A stretch of DNA of 64,000 nucleotides from Candidatus Babelota bacterium (GCA_965658655.1 CBFHTA010000001.1:72722-136721), one strand, 5' to 3'. Positions 49,284 through 58,984 are shown, counted from the first letter of the stretch. Translations and numbers: made by a program. The notes: a model not told the origin generated them from the letters alone.

Positions 49284-49607
49284 CTATTTAAGATTCCTTA
49301 TACTGTTAAATATATCATCGGGTGTAGAACCACTTTTAATATTATTTACAATCTTGTTAAGGAAAGCTTTTTGGCTTGCACTTGAAAGCTTTTCGTCTTC
49401 AATTTGAAGATAAAAATCTTGAGCTTGGTTAACTGCTTTTTTATAATAGCGCGGTTCATTATTATACCATTCTTTATATATGGCTTGATATAAAGAATGG
49501 TATGATGATTCTTTAATAACATTAATATTAGTGGTTGGTTGGCCTGCATAAGCAAACGATCCCGACAACGCAAATACTAGAATAACTAAATTTATTGAAT
49601 TCTTCAT
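49284..49607 (-). CDS. Hypothetical secreted protein
   Basis: Signal peptide ending AYA; AGGAGG RBS. Confidence 0.7.
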   Translation of the reverse strand: MKNSINLVILVFALSGSFAYAGQPTTNINVIKESSYHSLYQAIYKEWYNNEPRYYKKAVNQAQDFYLQIEDEKLSSASQKAFLNKIVNNIKSGSTPDDIFNSIRNLK

Positions 49608-49692
49608 TTTCCCTCCTTTGATTTACTCCACATTAAACCTCATAGAGAAAGTATACCAAATGACTAGAGGGTGATACAATAATCAGAGAGCT

Positions 49693-50208
49693 TTATGCTT
49701 CTATTAAGCTTATTGCTTCTTCGATGAGCTGATCAATTTGCACAGGATCTTCTTGAAAGTTACTTAGGACGTAATCAGCAACATCTTCTTTATTTTCAGG
49801 TCGCCCTACTCCAAAGCGAATACGCCAAAAATCTTGCCCGCATGCTGCAATAATAGATCGGAGACCATTATGTCCACGATGGCTTCCACCTTGACGAATA
49901 GCTATAGAACCAAACTTTTTTTCTAGCTCATCGTGAACCACCATAATATTTTCAGCATCTATTCCTTTCTTTTGTAAAAAAGAAATAACTTGTCCTGAAC
50001 TATTCATGAATGTTTGCGGCTTTATCAAAATAACTTTTTTGTTATTAAGCTGTATCTCTGCAACATGCATTAAAGGCTTTTCTGCCCACGAAGCCCTATG
50101 ACGTTCCGCGAGAACATCAAGAACTTTAAATCCAATATTATGACGATTTTTTCTATACTGATGGCCAGGATTGCCCAAACCAATAATTGCTTTTATGTTC
50201 TTTTCCAT
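49693..50208 (-). CDS. pth: Peptidyl-tRNA hydrolase
   Basis: GLGNPG, RHNIG, KPQTFMNSSG, HDEL and GHNGLRS motifs. Start at MEKNIK. Confidence 0.96.
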   Translation of the reverse strand: MEKNIKAIIGLGNPGHQYRKNRHNIGFKVLDVLAERHRASWAEKPLMHVAEIQLNNKKVILIKPQTFMNSSGQVISFLQKKGIDAENIMVVHDELEKKFGSIAIRQGGSHRGHNGLRSIIAACGQDFWRIRFGVGRPENKEDVADYVLSNFQEDPVQIDQLIEEAISLIEA

Positions 50209-50226
50209 GCTCTGTCTACTACTAAT

Positions 50227-50261
50227 AAAAAGAGCCGATGGATATAAATCCATCAGCTCTT
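50227..50261 (-). terminator. Intrinsic terminator after skp
   Basis: Minus-strand AGAGCTGATGGAT-TTAT-ATCCATCGGCTCT followed by TTTT. Confidence 0.75.
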
Positions 50262-50282
50262 CATTATCCGAATTAAAACTTC

Positions 50283-50819
50283 TTAGACAACTTTTGGTGC
50301 CTTTGTTGTTCTGTTCAACTCTGCAATAATTTGATCTGTTTTATCCAAAGATTTATGAACATACAATTTGCCTTGTTTATGATCTACTTCTGTAAAACCA
50401 AGTTTTTCACAAATTTTCCCAACCATCTCCATAAGTTCTTTTTGAACTTCAGCTAAAATCGTTTGTGCTTTTTGCTGAAACGCTTGTTGTTTCATCTTAA
50501 GCTCTTGTTCCATTTTCCCCAGATTTTGTGCTTGTTGTTGCTTCATGGTGTCGCTCATTGTAGACATTTTTGCTTGAAAGTCAGCAACTGCTGTTTGGAA
50601 TGCTGCCGCACCCTTTTCTATTGCTTGTCCTTCAGGGTCAAGCTTTGCCTTGATACTTTCCTGTTTTTTCTTAAAGTAATCTGCGGTAGTTGCAACTTTT
50701 TCTACATCCACAACAGCTCTTTTTTGCTGCATAACAGAATTTTGAGCCGCTACTTTTGCGTTAATTGCTACTGTAGAAAGCAACAGTGAAATAGCTAGAA
50801 GCTTTTTAAAATTGTTCAT
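50283..50819 (-). CDS. skp: OmpH/Skp-family periplasmic chaperone
   Basis: Signal peptide, AVVDVEKV strand, long Q/K-rich coiled coil, D-x-T-D-x-II-x-x-LN C-terminus. Confidence 0.75.
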   Translation of the reverse strand: MNNFKKLLAISLLLSTVAINAKVAAQNSVMQQKRAVVDVEKVATTADYFKKKQESIKAKLDPEGQAIEKGAAAFQTAVADFQAKMSTMSDTMKQQQAQNLGKMEQELKMKQQAFQQKAQTILAEVQKELMEMVGKICEKLGFTEVDHKQGKLYVHKSLDKTDQIIAELNRTTKAPKVV

Positions 50820-50898
50820 GGTCAATCCTCATGAATTTACAGTTAAACTTTTTATCCCTGTATTATTGTGAGCAGTTTAACCAGGTTGTCCTAAAACG

Positions 50899-53565
50899 TC
50901 AATTGGCAGAAGAAGATGCTCGATCAAATATTTTGCGAATTTCCTCAGCTACAATTAAAATTACCCCTGCTCCAAGCACAACAGACCAATCACTTAACCC
51001 CAGCGGAACAGTCCTGAACACAATTTGTAAAAAAGGAACATAGAGAACCAATAAAAGACCTGCCAAAACACCACCTAGTGCTAAAAAGAGCAATGGATTT
51101 CTCGAAGGAGACAAAGAAAAAGTAGAAAGAGTTAATGATCGGCAATTAAGTGCTGTTACCCACTGACAAAAAGTTACCGTTGTCATAACCATCGTTCGCG
51201 CCAACTTTAACCCTTGTGGCAAATACCAAATAAACACTCCTATAGATAAGAATGCTACAAGAGAAGCTATATATGCAATATGCACAACTAAACCTCGTGT
51301 AATAAGAGATGCATATTCAGTAGACCAAGTCGGTCGCAATAAATTATCTTCCGGCGCTTCAAGGGAAAGTGCAATATCAAGACAGCTATCTGTTACAATA
51401 CTTAACCACAAAATTTGTGCTGCCACAATAGGAAGAGGATAGCCAAGAGCCATAGTCAAAAGAATTAAAAGAATTTCAGAGAAATTGGTTACAAAGAAAT
51501 AAAGCACCACACGTTTAAACGCATAAAAAACATAGCGCCCTTCCTCTACGCCTGCAACAATGCTCGAAAACGAATCATCCAACAGAATAATATCTGCAGC
51601 TTCTTTTGCCACTTCACTACCTGTGTTTCCCATAGCAACACCCAACTCTGCAACAGCCAATGATGGTGCATCATTTACGCCATCACCAATCATCACTGTG
51701 GTTTTACCTTGCTTTTGGAACAATGTAACAAGTCGTAACTTATCTGCAGGAAGCACGCGCGCATAAACAGAAGTCTCATTTAGATGAGACGCCATTTGCT
51801 CATCGGTTAAGCCCTGCATCTCAATACCCTCGAGTATTGGTTGATTACTGTCATTAATAATGCCAGACTCTAAAGCCAAGTGAGTAGCAGTTTTTTTATT
51901 ATCACCCGTTGCCATTACCACCTGAATTCCTGCTTTTTTTAATTTCTTAATAATGCCAGGAGCAGCATCACGCAGCGTGTCTTGAATCCCAAACGCTCCC
52001 AATAGTGCAAGGTCTTGCTCGAATAAACCCTCAAAGAATCTCTTTTTTTCTCTAGCACCTTCTGGAACACTCGCAAGATCAAACTCTTTATAGGCAACTG
52101 CAATTACACGTAAACCCTGTTTTAAAAAATCTTCTATAAGTGTGTCTTGCTCCCTAGAAATACCTGCACAACGACTCTTAATAACCTCAGGAGACCCAAG
52201 TCCAAACGCTATACCTTTGCCGTTTTTTTCATAAAAACCTGCATGAAACTGGTACTGGGCACTAAACGGTATTTCAAACAATTCTTTATAATCTTTATAA
52301 ACCACATCCTCAGTCACGCCAGCTTTATCTGCACAAATTTCCATCGCGGCTTCACTAGAATTCCCCTTAATAGAATACACTCGAATAGTTTCTACATATT
52401 CTACTTTAGAGCGATCAAGAAGTTGAGCTGCCTCCAACATAAAACGTGCATCTTTATTCAATTCTGACTTACCACTTGAGTCAGTAACTTGCCCTTCTGG
52501 CAAATACCCTTTACCTGAAACTGTATAAACCTGTGTATTGGCAAAAAAAGTGTTTACCATCAATTCATTACGTGTAAGTGTTCCAGTTTTATCTATTATC
52601 ATAACCTGGGCTCGCCCAAGCGCTTCAACTGCCTGCAAGCGTTTTGCCAATACATTTTTTTTGGCTGTTCGATAAGCACCAGCAACAAGAATTAAAGTCA
52701 TGATAACCGGCAATCCTTGAGGAATTACACACACAAACAAAGCAATAAGAGCAGCAAAGAGTTCTGCAAATGGTTTACCCGTAGCTACACCTATGACTAA
52801 CAATGCAACACAAATAAAAATAATGATTCCCAAAATAAATTTAAGAAGATCTCCCAAATCTCTTTCTAAAGGCATTTGAGAAAAAGCCGCCCCTGCTAAC
52901 TGATTAACCTGTGCACTTTCAGTCTTTTTTCCGGTTGCTGTCACAATAGCTTTTGCTCTCCCCGAAAGAATATATGAACCTAAAAAAACCATATTATCTT
53001 GATCGTTCATAGAAAGGTTTTTGCCTTCTCTGGCAAAAACATCTTTTTCAACCGGATCAGATTCACCCGTAAGTATAGCTTCATCAACAGTTAGACCATA
53101 AGATTCTATAATACGCGCATCTGCAGAAACACGTTCTCCTTCTTGTAGAATCAGGATGTCTCCAGGAACCAGATCAAAATCATTAACAATTTGCTTTTTA
53201 CCATCACGAATAACAAGTGATTTGCTATTTTTAAACTGCTGTACTCGAGAAATCATTGTATAAATACGATGTTCCTGAATAGTTCCAATAGTAACGTTTA
53301 AAAGTAAAATAAGTAAAATAATGACGGCATCAAACCCATTGCCAGCAAAGAAAATAATAACAGCAGAAACAATTAAAAAATAAAAAAGAGGATCTTGACA
53401 CTGACTCAACAACAAAGAAAAAAACGTTTCTCTCTTCTGCTCTGTTGGTTTATTAGGGCCATATTTTTTCAAAGCTTGCTGCGCCTGCTCATTGGTTAAA
53501 CCCGTAGTGAGATTTACCCCAAAAGTTTGTGCAACTTTTTCAATCACCATCTTATAATACTTCAT
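50899..53565 (-). CDS. P-type cation-transporting ATPase (P2A-like)
   Basis: TGES, DKTGTLT, TGDN and GDGVNDAP motifs; 10-TM layout. Confidence 0.93.
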   Translation of the reverse strand: MKYYKMVIEKVAQTFGVNLTTGLTNEQAQQALKKYGPNKPTEQKRETFFSLLLSQCQDPLFYFLIVSAVIIFFAGNGFDAVIILLILLLNVTIGTIQEHRIYTMISRVQQFKNSKSLVIRDGKKQIVNDFDLVPGDILILQEGERVSADARIIESYGLTVDEAILTGESDPVEKDVFAREGKNLSMNDQDNMVFLGSYILSGRAKAIVTATGKKTESAQVNQLAGAAFSQMPLERDLGDLLKFILGIIIFICVALLVIGVATGKPFAELFAALIALFVCVIPQGLPVIMTLILVAGAYRTAKKNVLAKRLQAVEALGRAQVMIIDKTGTLTRNELMVNTFFANTQVYTVSGKGYLPEGQVTDSSGKSELNKDARFMLEAAQLLDRSKVEYVETIRVYSIKGNSSEAAMEICADKAGVTEDVVYKDYKELFEIPFSAQYQFHAGFYEKNGKGIAFGLGSPEVIKSRCAGISREQDTLIEDFLKQGLRVIAVAYKEFDLASVPEGAREKKRFFEGLFEQDLALLGAFGIQDTLRDAAPGIIKKLKKAGIQVVMATGDNKKTATHLALESGIINDSNQPILEGIEMQGLTDEQMASHLNETSVYARVLPADKLRLVTLFQKQGKTTVMIGDGVNDAPSLAVAELGVAMGNTGSEVAKEAADIILLDDSFSSIVAGVEEGRYVFYAFKRVVLYFFVTNFSEILLILLTMALGYPLPIVAAQILWLSIVTDSCLDIALSLEAPEDNLLRPTWSTEYASLITRGLVVHIAYIASLVAFLSIGVFIWYLPQGLKLARTMVMTTVTFCQWVTALNCRSLTLSTFSLSPSRNPLLFLALGGVLAGLLLVLYVPFLQIVFRTVPLGLSDWSVVLGAGVILIVAEEIRKIFDRASSSAN

Positions 53566-53675
53566 ACATCACCTTTTCTAAAAATTGAGCTCTATTCTAA
53601 AGTACAAATTCTATAGAAAAAATGCCAGACAAAAGATATTAAAAATACAAACCCTATCCACTTACTTTAAAGCCT

Positions 53676-54146
53676 TTAAACCTCTTCATACAAAAAGTTG
53701 CTTTTTTGATATTGCTCCAAAACAATAGGAGTAAACACTTTTTGAAAATCCTGCAAAGACTTGAAGGGCAAAGATTTAAAAGGTACTGTTTTAGATTCAA
53801 CAATTTTCCCTGTCGCATACGCTGAAAGAAAAGAATCATCTTCGTTACATTCATCCCCTTCCTTAATAACTGGCAACCGACCTTTAACAGTTGCAACAGA
53901 AATTGAAGAACACTTTTTTGATTCCAAAAAACAATCTAAAGCTTTATCAAGAAAATTGCTTGGCTTTAATTCTTTTCCTTTATACTTTGGTAGATCATCA
54001 TCTTTCTTAGCTTTTTCATACAAACCATTTATCTCATTCATTTGATCATCAGTTAAGAGTAATACATCTTCTCTATCAGCATCTGCCCCAAAGCAAGAAG
54101 CCGTGGGAACAAACAATAAAATGCTTAGAATAATCTTTCTATTCAT
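53676..54146 (-). CDS. Hypothetical secreted protein
   Basis: Signal peptide; 156 aa; no motif recognised. Confidence 0.6.
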   Translation of the reverse strand: MNRKIILSILLFVPTASCFGADADREDVLLLTDDQMNEINGLYEKAKKDDDLPKYKGKELKPSNFLDKALDCFLESKKCSSISVATVKGRLPVIKEGDECNEDDSFLSAYATGKIVESKTVPFKSLPFKSLQDFQKVFTPIVLEQYQKSNFLYEEV

Positions 54147-54230
54147 ACTTATGCCCTAAAAGTAAATTGCACCTAATCAAAATGATTATTATAAAGTACC
54201 AACATAAAATCGCAACTAAAAACGGCTCCC

Positions 54231-54986
54231 TTAAGTAAGATCAGGATGCAAAGCGTAATCAGCTTTAAGTGCATCTAAACGAGTGTAGAGAATACCGACA
54301 AATTTCATACCTGCCTTTTCTACAGCCTTTTCTACCGCTTTAAGGTTTTTTAATTTGTCATCAACAAAGATAACAACCTCTGGTTTATATTTGCAGGTTT
54401 TCAATAACACCATGAGAGACTCTCCCTTGTCTCCGGAGCCAGCAAAAAAAATGCCATGTTTAAATCCACCAGGAACACCGTGAAATAAAAAGACCTTCTC
54501 TTGTGTTGGCAGTGCTTTAAAATAACCGCTTTCAACAAAGCTCAAACCACATTTTTCTACGTTTTTAATAGTTGCATTTTCTACAGGAAACGATCGCGCT
54601 GTTAGGCCAATGGTTTTATCAGCTATCTTCTGAATGGCTTTAACAGTTTTTTTAGTCTCTTTGCCTTCAACCAATTTAAAAGAAAAGTGTGGATCCATTT
54701 GAATTTCAAAGTACACAGGCGCTATAATATCCCACGCAGTTTCAGGATCAACACCTTTATCAACAGCATGTTTAACACGTGCTTGCATCCACATGTCACC
54801 ACCCCGTTGATCTTTGTTATTGGGCATAACCAGCGTTTCATCTAAATCAAAAGCAACAAGCAATTTTTTGTCTTGATATTTTTTTGCTTCGGTTAGAACC
54901 GTACCAATTTCAGAAGATTTAATAATTTGAGCAGAAAGTTCTACCGACGAAACAAGCAATACACTTAATAATAATAATTTACGCAT
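54231..54986 (-). CDS. Secreted HAD-superfamily protein (DUF2608-like)
   Basis: Signal peptide; FDLDETL (motif I), LTAR, KG and FVDD (motif IV). Confidence 0.8.
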   Translation of the reverse strand: MRKLLLLSVLLVSSVELSAQIIKSSEIGTVLTEAKKYQDKKLLVAFDLDETLVMPNNKDQRGGDMWMQARVKHAVDKGVDPETAWDIIAPVYFEIQMDPHFSFKLVEGKETKKTVKAIQKIADKTIGLTARSFPVENATIKNVEKCGLSFVESGYFKALPTQEKVFLFHGVPGGFKHGIFFAGSGDKGESLMVLLKTCKYKPEVVIFVDDKLKNLKAVEKAVEKAGMKFVGILYTRLDALKADYALHPDLT

Positions 54987-55052
54987 GAAAAAGCCTTTCA
55001 AGAAGAGTTTAAGAAAGACACTAGCGTAACGGACAATAGAAAAATTGAAAAG

Positions 55053-55616
55053 TTATTTTTGTTGATAATGTAAACAGGTTATTTGAATAACAGGAAAAGA
55101 TTTTTGCATCATCTCTGCAACATTGAGTATATGCTTAGAAGTGTCATCAATAAAAACTATCGATGTCGGCAAACTTGCTTTGTCTGCACGATCAAGATAC
55201 TGCTTAAGAGTATCCCCTTTGCTTTGAAGCCCTGAATAACAAACACCATTATATTCAAACGACTGTAACATTTTATTCAAATAAAGAACTTTAGATTTTT
55301 CAAAATAAAAAAAATGCGCTCCTAGCTCATTTAAATTTGCAGTAATAGCTTGATGCAAATAAGAATATGAGCCCGTTAAAGAAAGAATGCGATCTGCCCG
55401 TGCACAAGACATATCAAAAACACTCTGAGTTTTATCCGTCAACCAACTATGGGGAATATTATCTTCAAACCTAAAAAGTGTTCCGTCTAAATCCCATACC
55501 ACCCAAGAGCCAGCATTCACAAAAGGTACAACTTCTTCAATACTATTAATTGTTCTCATTTCAGCACTCAAAGATGACATAAGAAAACATACCCCTAAGA
55601 AAAAACACCTATTCAT
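55053..55616 (-). CDS. Secreted HAD-superfamily protein (DUF2608-like), shorter paralog
   Basis: Signal peptide; WDLDGTL, LT, KG and FIDD motifs. Confidence 0.75.
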   Translation of the reverse strand: MNRCFFLGVCFLMSSLSAEMRTINSIEEVVPFVNAGSWVVWDLDGTLFRFEDNIPHSWLTDKTQSVFDMSCARADRILSLTGSYSYLHQAITANLNELGAHFFYFEKSKVLYLNKMLQSFEYNGVCYSGLQSKGDTLKQYLDRADKASLPTSIVFIDDTSKHILNVAEMMQKSFPVIQITCLHYQQK

Positions 55617-55742
55617 TATCTTCTCCCTAATTAATAATTTAGCAAAGAAAGTAACAAAAATGAAAAAGGGGAATAAAGAAAAGAATTTTAATACACAGTC
55701 ATTTTAGAAATTGGCTGTGCCAACCGTAGCCTTGGCGTAAGT

Positions 55743-56152
55743 TGGTGGAGGCGATGGGAATCGAACCCATGTCCGCATTATCGTAGATTATAAGCGCTAC
55801 ATGCTTAGTTCTTGTTTAATACTCTCCCAGCTACTCAAGAACAAGAACACTGGAAAAGGCAGGCTGGTATACAGCACAAGTTACGAACCTACTGAACCTA
55901 ACTTGACAGTTCTATCTTTTTTATAATACGAGTTAGATTAACTGATAGACACGAAAGCCTAACAAGCAGTTACTAAGGAAACTGTGCTTACGCAGCAGCC
56001 ACCATAGAACCATAAGAAGTCACAGACTTATCGCCCATGAATCCTGCGAATGTAGTGTCATTCATAGTTCGATCGTTTATTTTACGAGTATCCAATCAAA
56101 GCTCGGCATGCTCTCACAAGCGTCAACAACACGTCGAAGCCAGTGCGCCCCC
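55743..56152 (-). ncRNA. ssrA: tmRNA (410 nt)
   Basis: 5' GGGGGCG pairs with 3' CGCCUCC-A-CCA, including the G3-U70 Ala identity pair. D-loop-like GGCUUCGAC and T-arm GGUUCGAUUCC. Tag frame 56059-55988 ends AAA-stop. Lies immediately downstream of smpB. Confidence 0.96.
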
Positions 56153-56233
56153 ATGAATTTCAAAGTTCAAGCTATTATTTAAACTTGATATTTTCTGATT
56201 GTAACAAATACTAGTAAAAAAGTCAATGCGAGC

Positions 56234-56683
56234 CTATTTATAATCCTTAAGTTCTCGAGAAGTTTCTCGCTTAATATCTCGCTCTTTGAGCATCTGTTTT
56301 TTGCCCGCAGCTTTACGGTGCTTACAAAGCCCCAGCTCGACTTTTACTTTACTGTTTTTAAAATAGAGAACTAAAGGAATTACAGTTATTCCTTTACGCG
56401 AAATATCGCCGACAAGCTTATTAAGCTCTCGCTTATGCACTAAGAGCTTACGAGAACGTTTAGCTGTGTCTTCGTCTTTCTTATAGGCCTTGTCGTATGG
56501 AGTTATATGGCAGTTAACCATAAAAAGTTCGCCTTGATGAACATTGGCAAACGCTCCCGTTAAGTTTACATGACCCGCACGTAGCGACTTAACCTCATCC
56601 CCGGTCAAAACGATGCCAGCTTCTATTTTATCTAACACCTCGTAGTCAAAGAATGCTTTCTTGTTTTTACTGATAATCTTCAT
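56234..56683 (-). CDS. smpB: SsrA-binding protein
   Basis: NKKAFFDY, EAGIVLTGDEVKSLR and RKLLVHKRE motifs. Confidence 0.97.
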   Translation of the reverse strand: MKIISKNKKAFFDYEVLDKIEAGIVLTGDEVKSLRAGHVNLTGAFANVHQGELFMVNCHITPYDKAYKKDEDTAKRSRKLLVHKRELNKLVGDISRKGITVIPLVLYFKNSKVKVELGLCKHRKAAGKKQMLKERDIKRETSRELKDYK

Positions 56684-56695
56684 AATACCCTTCCC

Positions 56696-57166
56696 CTAAA
56701 AAGCCTTTTTTCTCGTAAGCACAGAGAAAAAATTCCAAAAAACAGGATACAAAGCGAAGGCCAAAACGAGGCCCACTAAGTTTGCTCCCAACATAAACGC
56801 CCAAAAAGAAATTTTCACAGTACCAAAAATTGCAGCTAGTTTACTGGAAACATAGACCATCCAAGTTGGATTAAATTGAGTTACAGAAATCCCATACCAA
56901 GAATGGAGAATCCAATGCCCACACACATAACCGCTCATATGAATTGGTATCATTGTCCAAGGATTATTTACCCCATATCCTACCGCCAAAAGCAACGGAA
57001 TATTAAGCCCAAACAACCACCCAAAAATTACGTGCATAGCTGTATGAAACCCTAAAAATGGAGAAAAAGAGATATAAATACCCAAAGAAGCAGCCACCGC
57101 CAACTTGTGCGGACAGCGTTCCTGCTTTGCTATTTTATGTAAAAATGTTTTCATTTGAGAGAACAT
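56696..57166 (-). CDS. DUF2062-family membrane protein
   Basis: PHKLA...G...FSPFLGFHT and NNPWT motifs. Start at MFSQMK. Confidence 0.8.
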   Translation of the reverse strand: MFSQMKTFLHKIAKQERCPHKLAVAASLGIYISFSPFLGFHTAMHVIFGWLFGLNIPLLLAVGYGVNNPWTMIPIHMSGYVCGHWILHSWYGISVTQFNPTWMVYVSSKLAAIFGTVKISFWAFMLGANLVGLVLAFALYPVFWNFFSVLTRKKAF

Positions 57167-57275
57167 ATTTCTACCCTTAAACCAAAATCTTTGATAAACA
57201 CCCTTTAATACAGTATATTCTACCATGATGGAGTTTGAAGAACAAGACAATGTAGCCCTTCAGAAAGGGGAATCC

Positions 57276-57971
57276 ATGAAAAAAACACTCTTTTTTATTC
57301 TGGTAACTAGCATAACCTTTATTCACAGCAACTCAAATCGGTCCCTACTTAACCTCTACCAAAACAGTAAAACCCCTGTTGGAACACAAAAAAACAAAGC
57401 TATCACCTATTTAGGCATGCTTCAGTTTCCTTCGCAAATTCAAAATCCATCAGTTAGGGCTTACTATAAAGGCCATATTGTAGACATGGAGAATGGAGCT
57501 TATTCGTTTATTGAAAATAGAAAATTTCAGGTATTTACCATTGTGGTAACTTTACTCCCTCCACCTACAACCAATACTCCTTCAAATTTGACTATTCCAG
57601 AGGGGCATCCTTATACGCGTTACACTCTCTTTAAAACTAATGCAAAGCAAAAAGAAGGTAAAAAACAAGAAGAATGGCGCGTAGAAAAAATAAACGACAC
57701 CAATGGGATAAAAGTACCCAGCAATGCACTACTAATCTTGCTTGATCCGGAATTAATTGACAATACTCGAGTACACGCATGGTTCAAAGATAGCTTTACA
57801 CTGAAGTTACCAACTCTTATTATGAAGAAGAACCTTTCTAAAAAAGCCTTTGATTCTGCTTATAATCGATCTGTCTTAACCGCTTTAGATTGGGATGTAT
57901 TCCATCAAAAAGTGGAGTGGGAAGAAAAAAAACATAAACAAAAACATATTGCTCGAAGAAGAATTGTATGA
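57276..57971 (+). CDS. Hypothetical secreted protein
   Basis: Start at MKKTLFF (GGGG RBS); signal peptide; ATGA-coupled to tsaD. Confidence 0.7.
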   Translation: MKKTLFFILVTSITFIHSNSNRSLLNLYQNSKTPVGTQKNKAITYLGMLQFPSQIQNPSVRAYYKGHIVDMENGAYSFIENRKFQVFTIVVTLLPPPTTNTPSNLTIPEGHPYTRYTLFKTNAKQKEGKKQEEWRVEKINDTNGIKVPSNALLILLDPELIDNTRVHAWFKDSFTLKLPTLIMKKNLSKKAFDSAYNRSVLTALDWDVFHQKVEWEEKKHKQKHIARRRIV

Positions 57972-58984
57972 AATATACCGTTTTAGGGGTGGAGTCTTCA
58001 TGTGATGAAGTTGCTGCTGCAGTGTATACCACCGATAAAAAATTATTATCCAGTAAGCTTTTTTCTCAAACTGAGATGCACAAAAAATATGGTGGTGTGG
58101 TCCCTGAGATCGCCTCACGCGAACATATAAAGAAAATTAATCAAATTACCCAAGAAGCACTCGATGCCGCTGGTGTAACACTTGATGATATCGACGTTAT
58201 TGCTGTTACAAGCAAACCAGGGTTACCCGGTTCTCTTTTGATTGGAACCTGCTTTGCAAAGGCTCTAGCAGAATCTAAAAATAAAAAAATTATTGCGGTT
58301 GATCATCTTGAAGGTCACGCTTTTTCTGCAAATATTGAACACGACATTCCATTTCCTTTTTTATGTATGACTGCCTCAGGTGGCCATACAAATATGTATC
58401 GCGTTACTAATTTTGGAGAATATGAATTTCTAGGAACCACTCTCGATGACGCAGCAGGAGAAGCATTTGATAAGATTTCTAAGCTGTTAAAATTAGGTTA
58501 TCCAGGTGGCCCTATTATTGAAAAACTAGCACGCGAAGCTGGATTTAAAGATTTTTACAAATACCCGCGCAACAAAGACATTGGATTAAACTTTAGCTTT
58601 TCTGGTTTAAAAACTGCAGTACTTTACGATCTTGTTAAAAAGAACGCGTATGACATGAAAAAGAAAGAACTTCTAAATGACAGCGAGCAACTAAAAAAAG
58701 AAGTTGCAAGCTCTTTTCAGGTATGCGTAGCTGATATCTTTGTAAAAAAAGTTGAAAAAGCCTTAGAACAATATGAAGACTACAAAGGGCTTGTTTTTGT
58801 AGGTGGTGTAGCATGCAATAATTATATTCGTCAAAGACTTACTGATGTTGCAACACAACACAATTTGCCTTACTTTTCTCCTTCTCCAAAATATTGTACC
58901 GATAATGCTGCAATGATCGCATACGTAGGTCATTACAAAGCGCTAAAAGGAGAATTCAGCGAACCTGATTTTGATATTTTATAA
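57968..58984 (+). CDS. tsaD: tRNA N6-adenosine threonylcarbamoyltransferase
   Basis: GVESSCDE, GGVVPEIASREH, HLEGH, SGGHT, DDAAGEAFDK and TDNAAMIA motifs. Confidence 0.97.
   Translation: MKYTVLGVESSCDEVAAAVYTTDKKLLSSKLFSQTEMHKKYGGVVPEIASREHIKKINQITQEALDAAGVTLDDIDVIAVTSKPGLPGSLLIGTCFAKALAESKNKKIIAVDHLEGHAFSANIEHDIPFPFLCMTASGGHTNMYRVTNFGEYEFLGTTLDDAAGEAFDKISKLLKLGYPGGPIIEKLAREAGFKDFYKYPRNKDIGLNFSFSGLKTAVLYDLVKKNAYDMKKKELLNDSEQLKKEVASSFQVCVADIFVKKVEKALEQYEDYKGLVFVGGVACNNYIRQRLTDVATQHNLPYFSPSPKYCTDNAAMIAYVGHYKALKGEFSEPDFDIL

Noticed and set aside
53654..55742. Possible genomic island integrated at the ssrA 3' end
   Set aside because: No integrase and no duplicated tmRNA 3' end (att site) seen in the window; the downstream genes look like native orphan secreted proteins.
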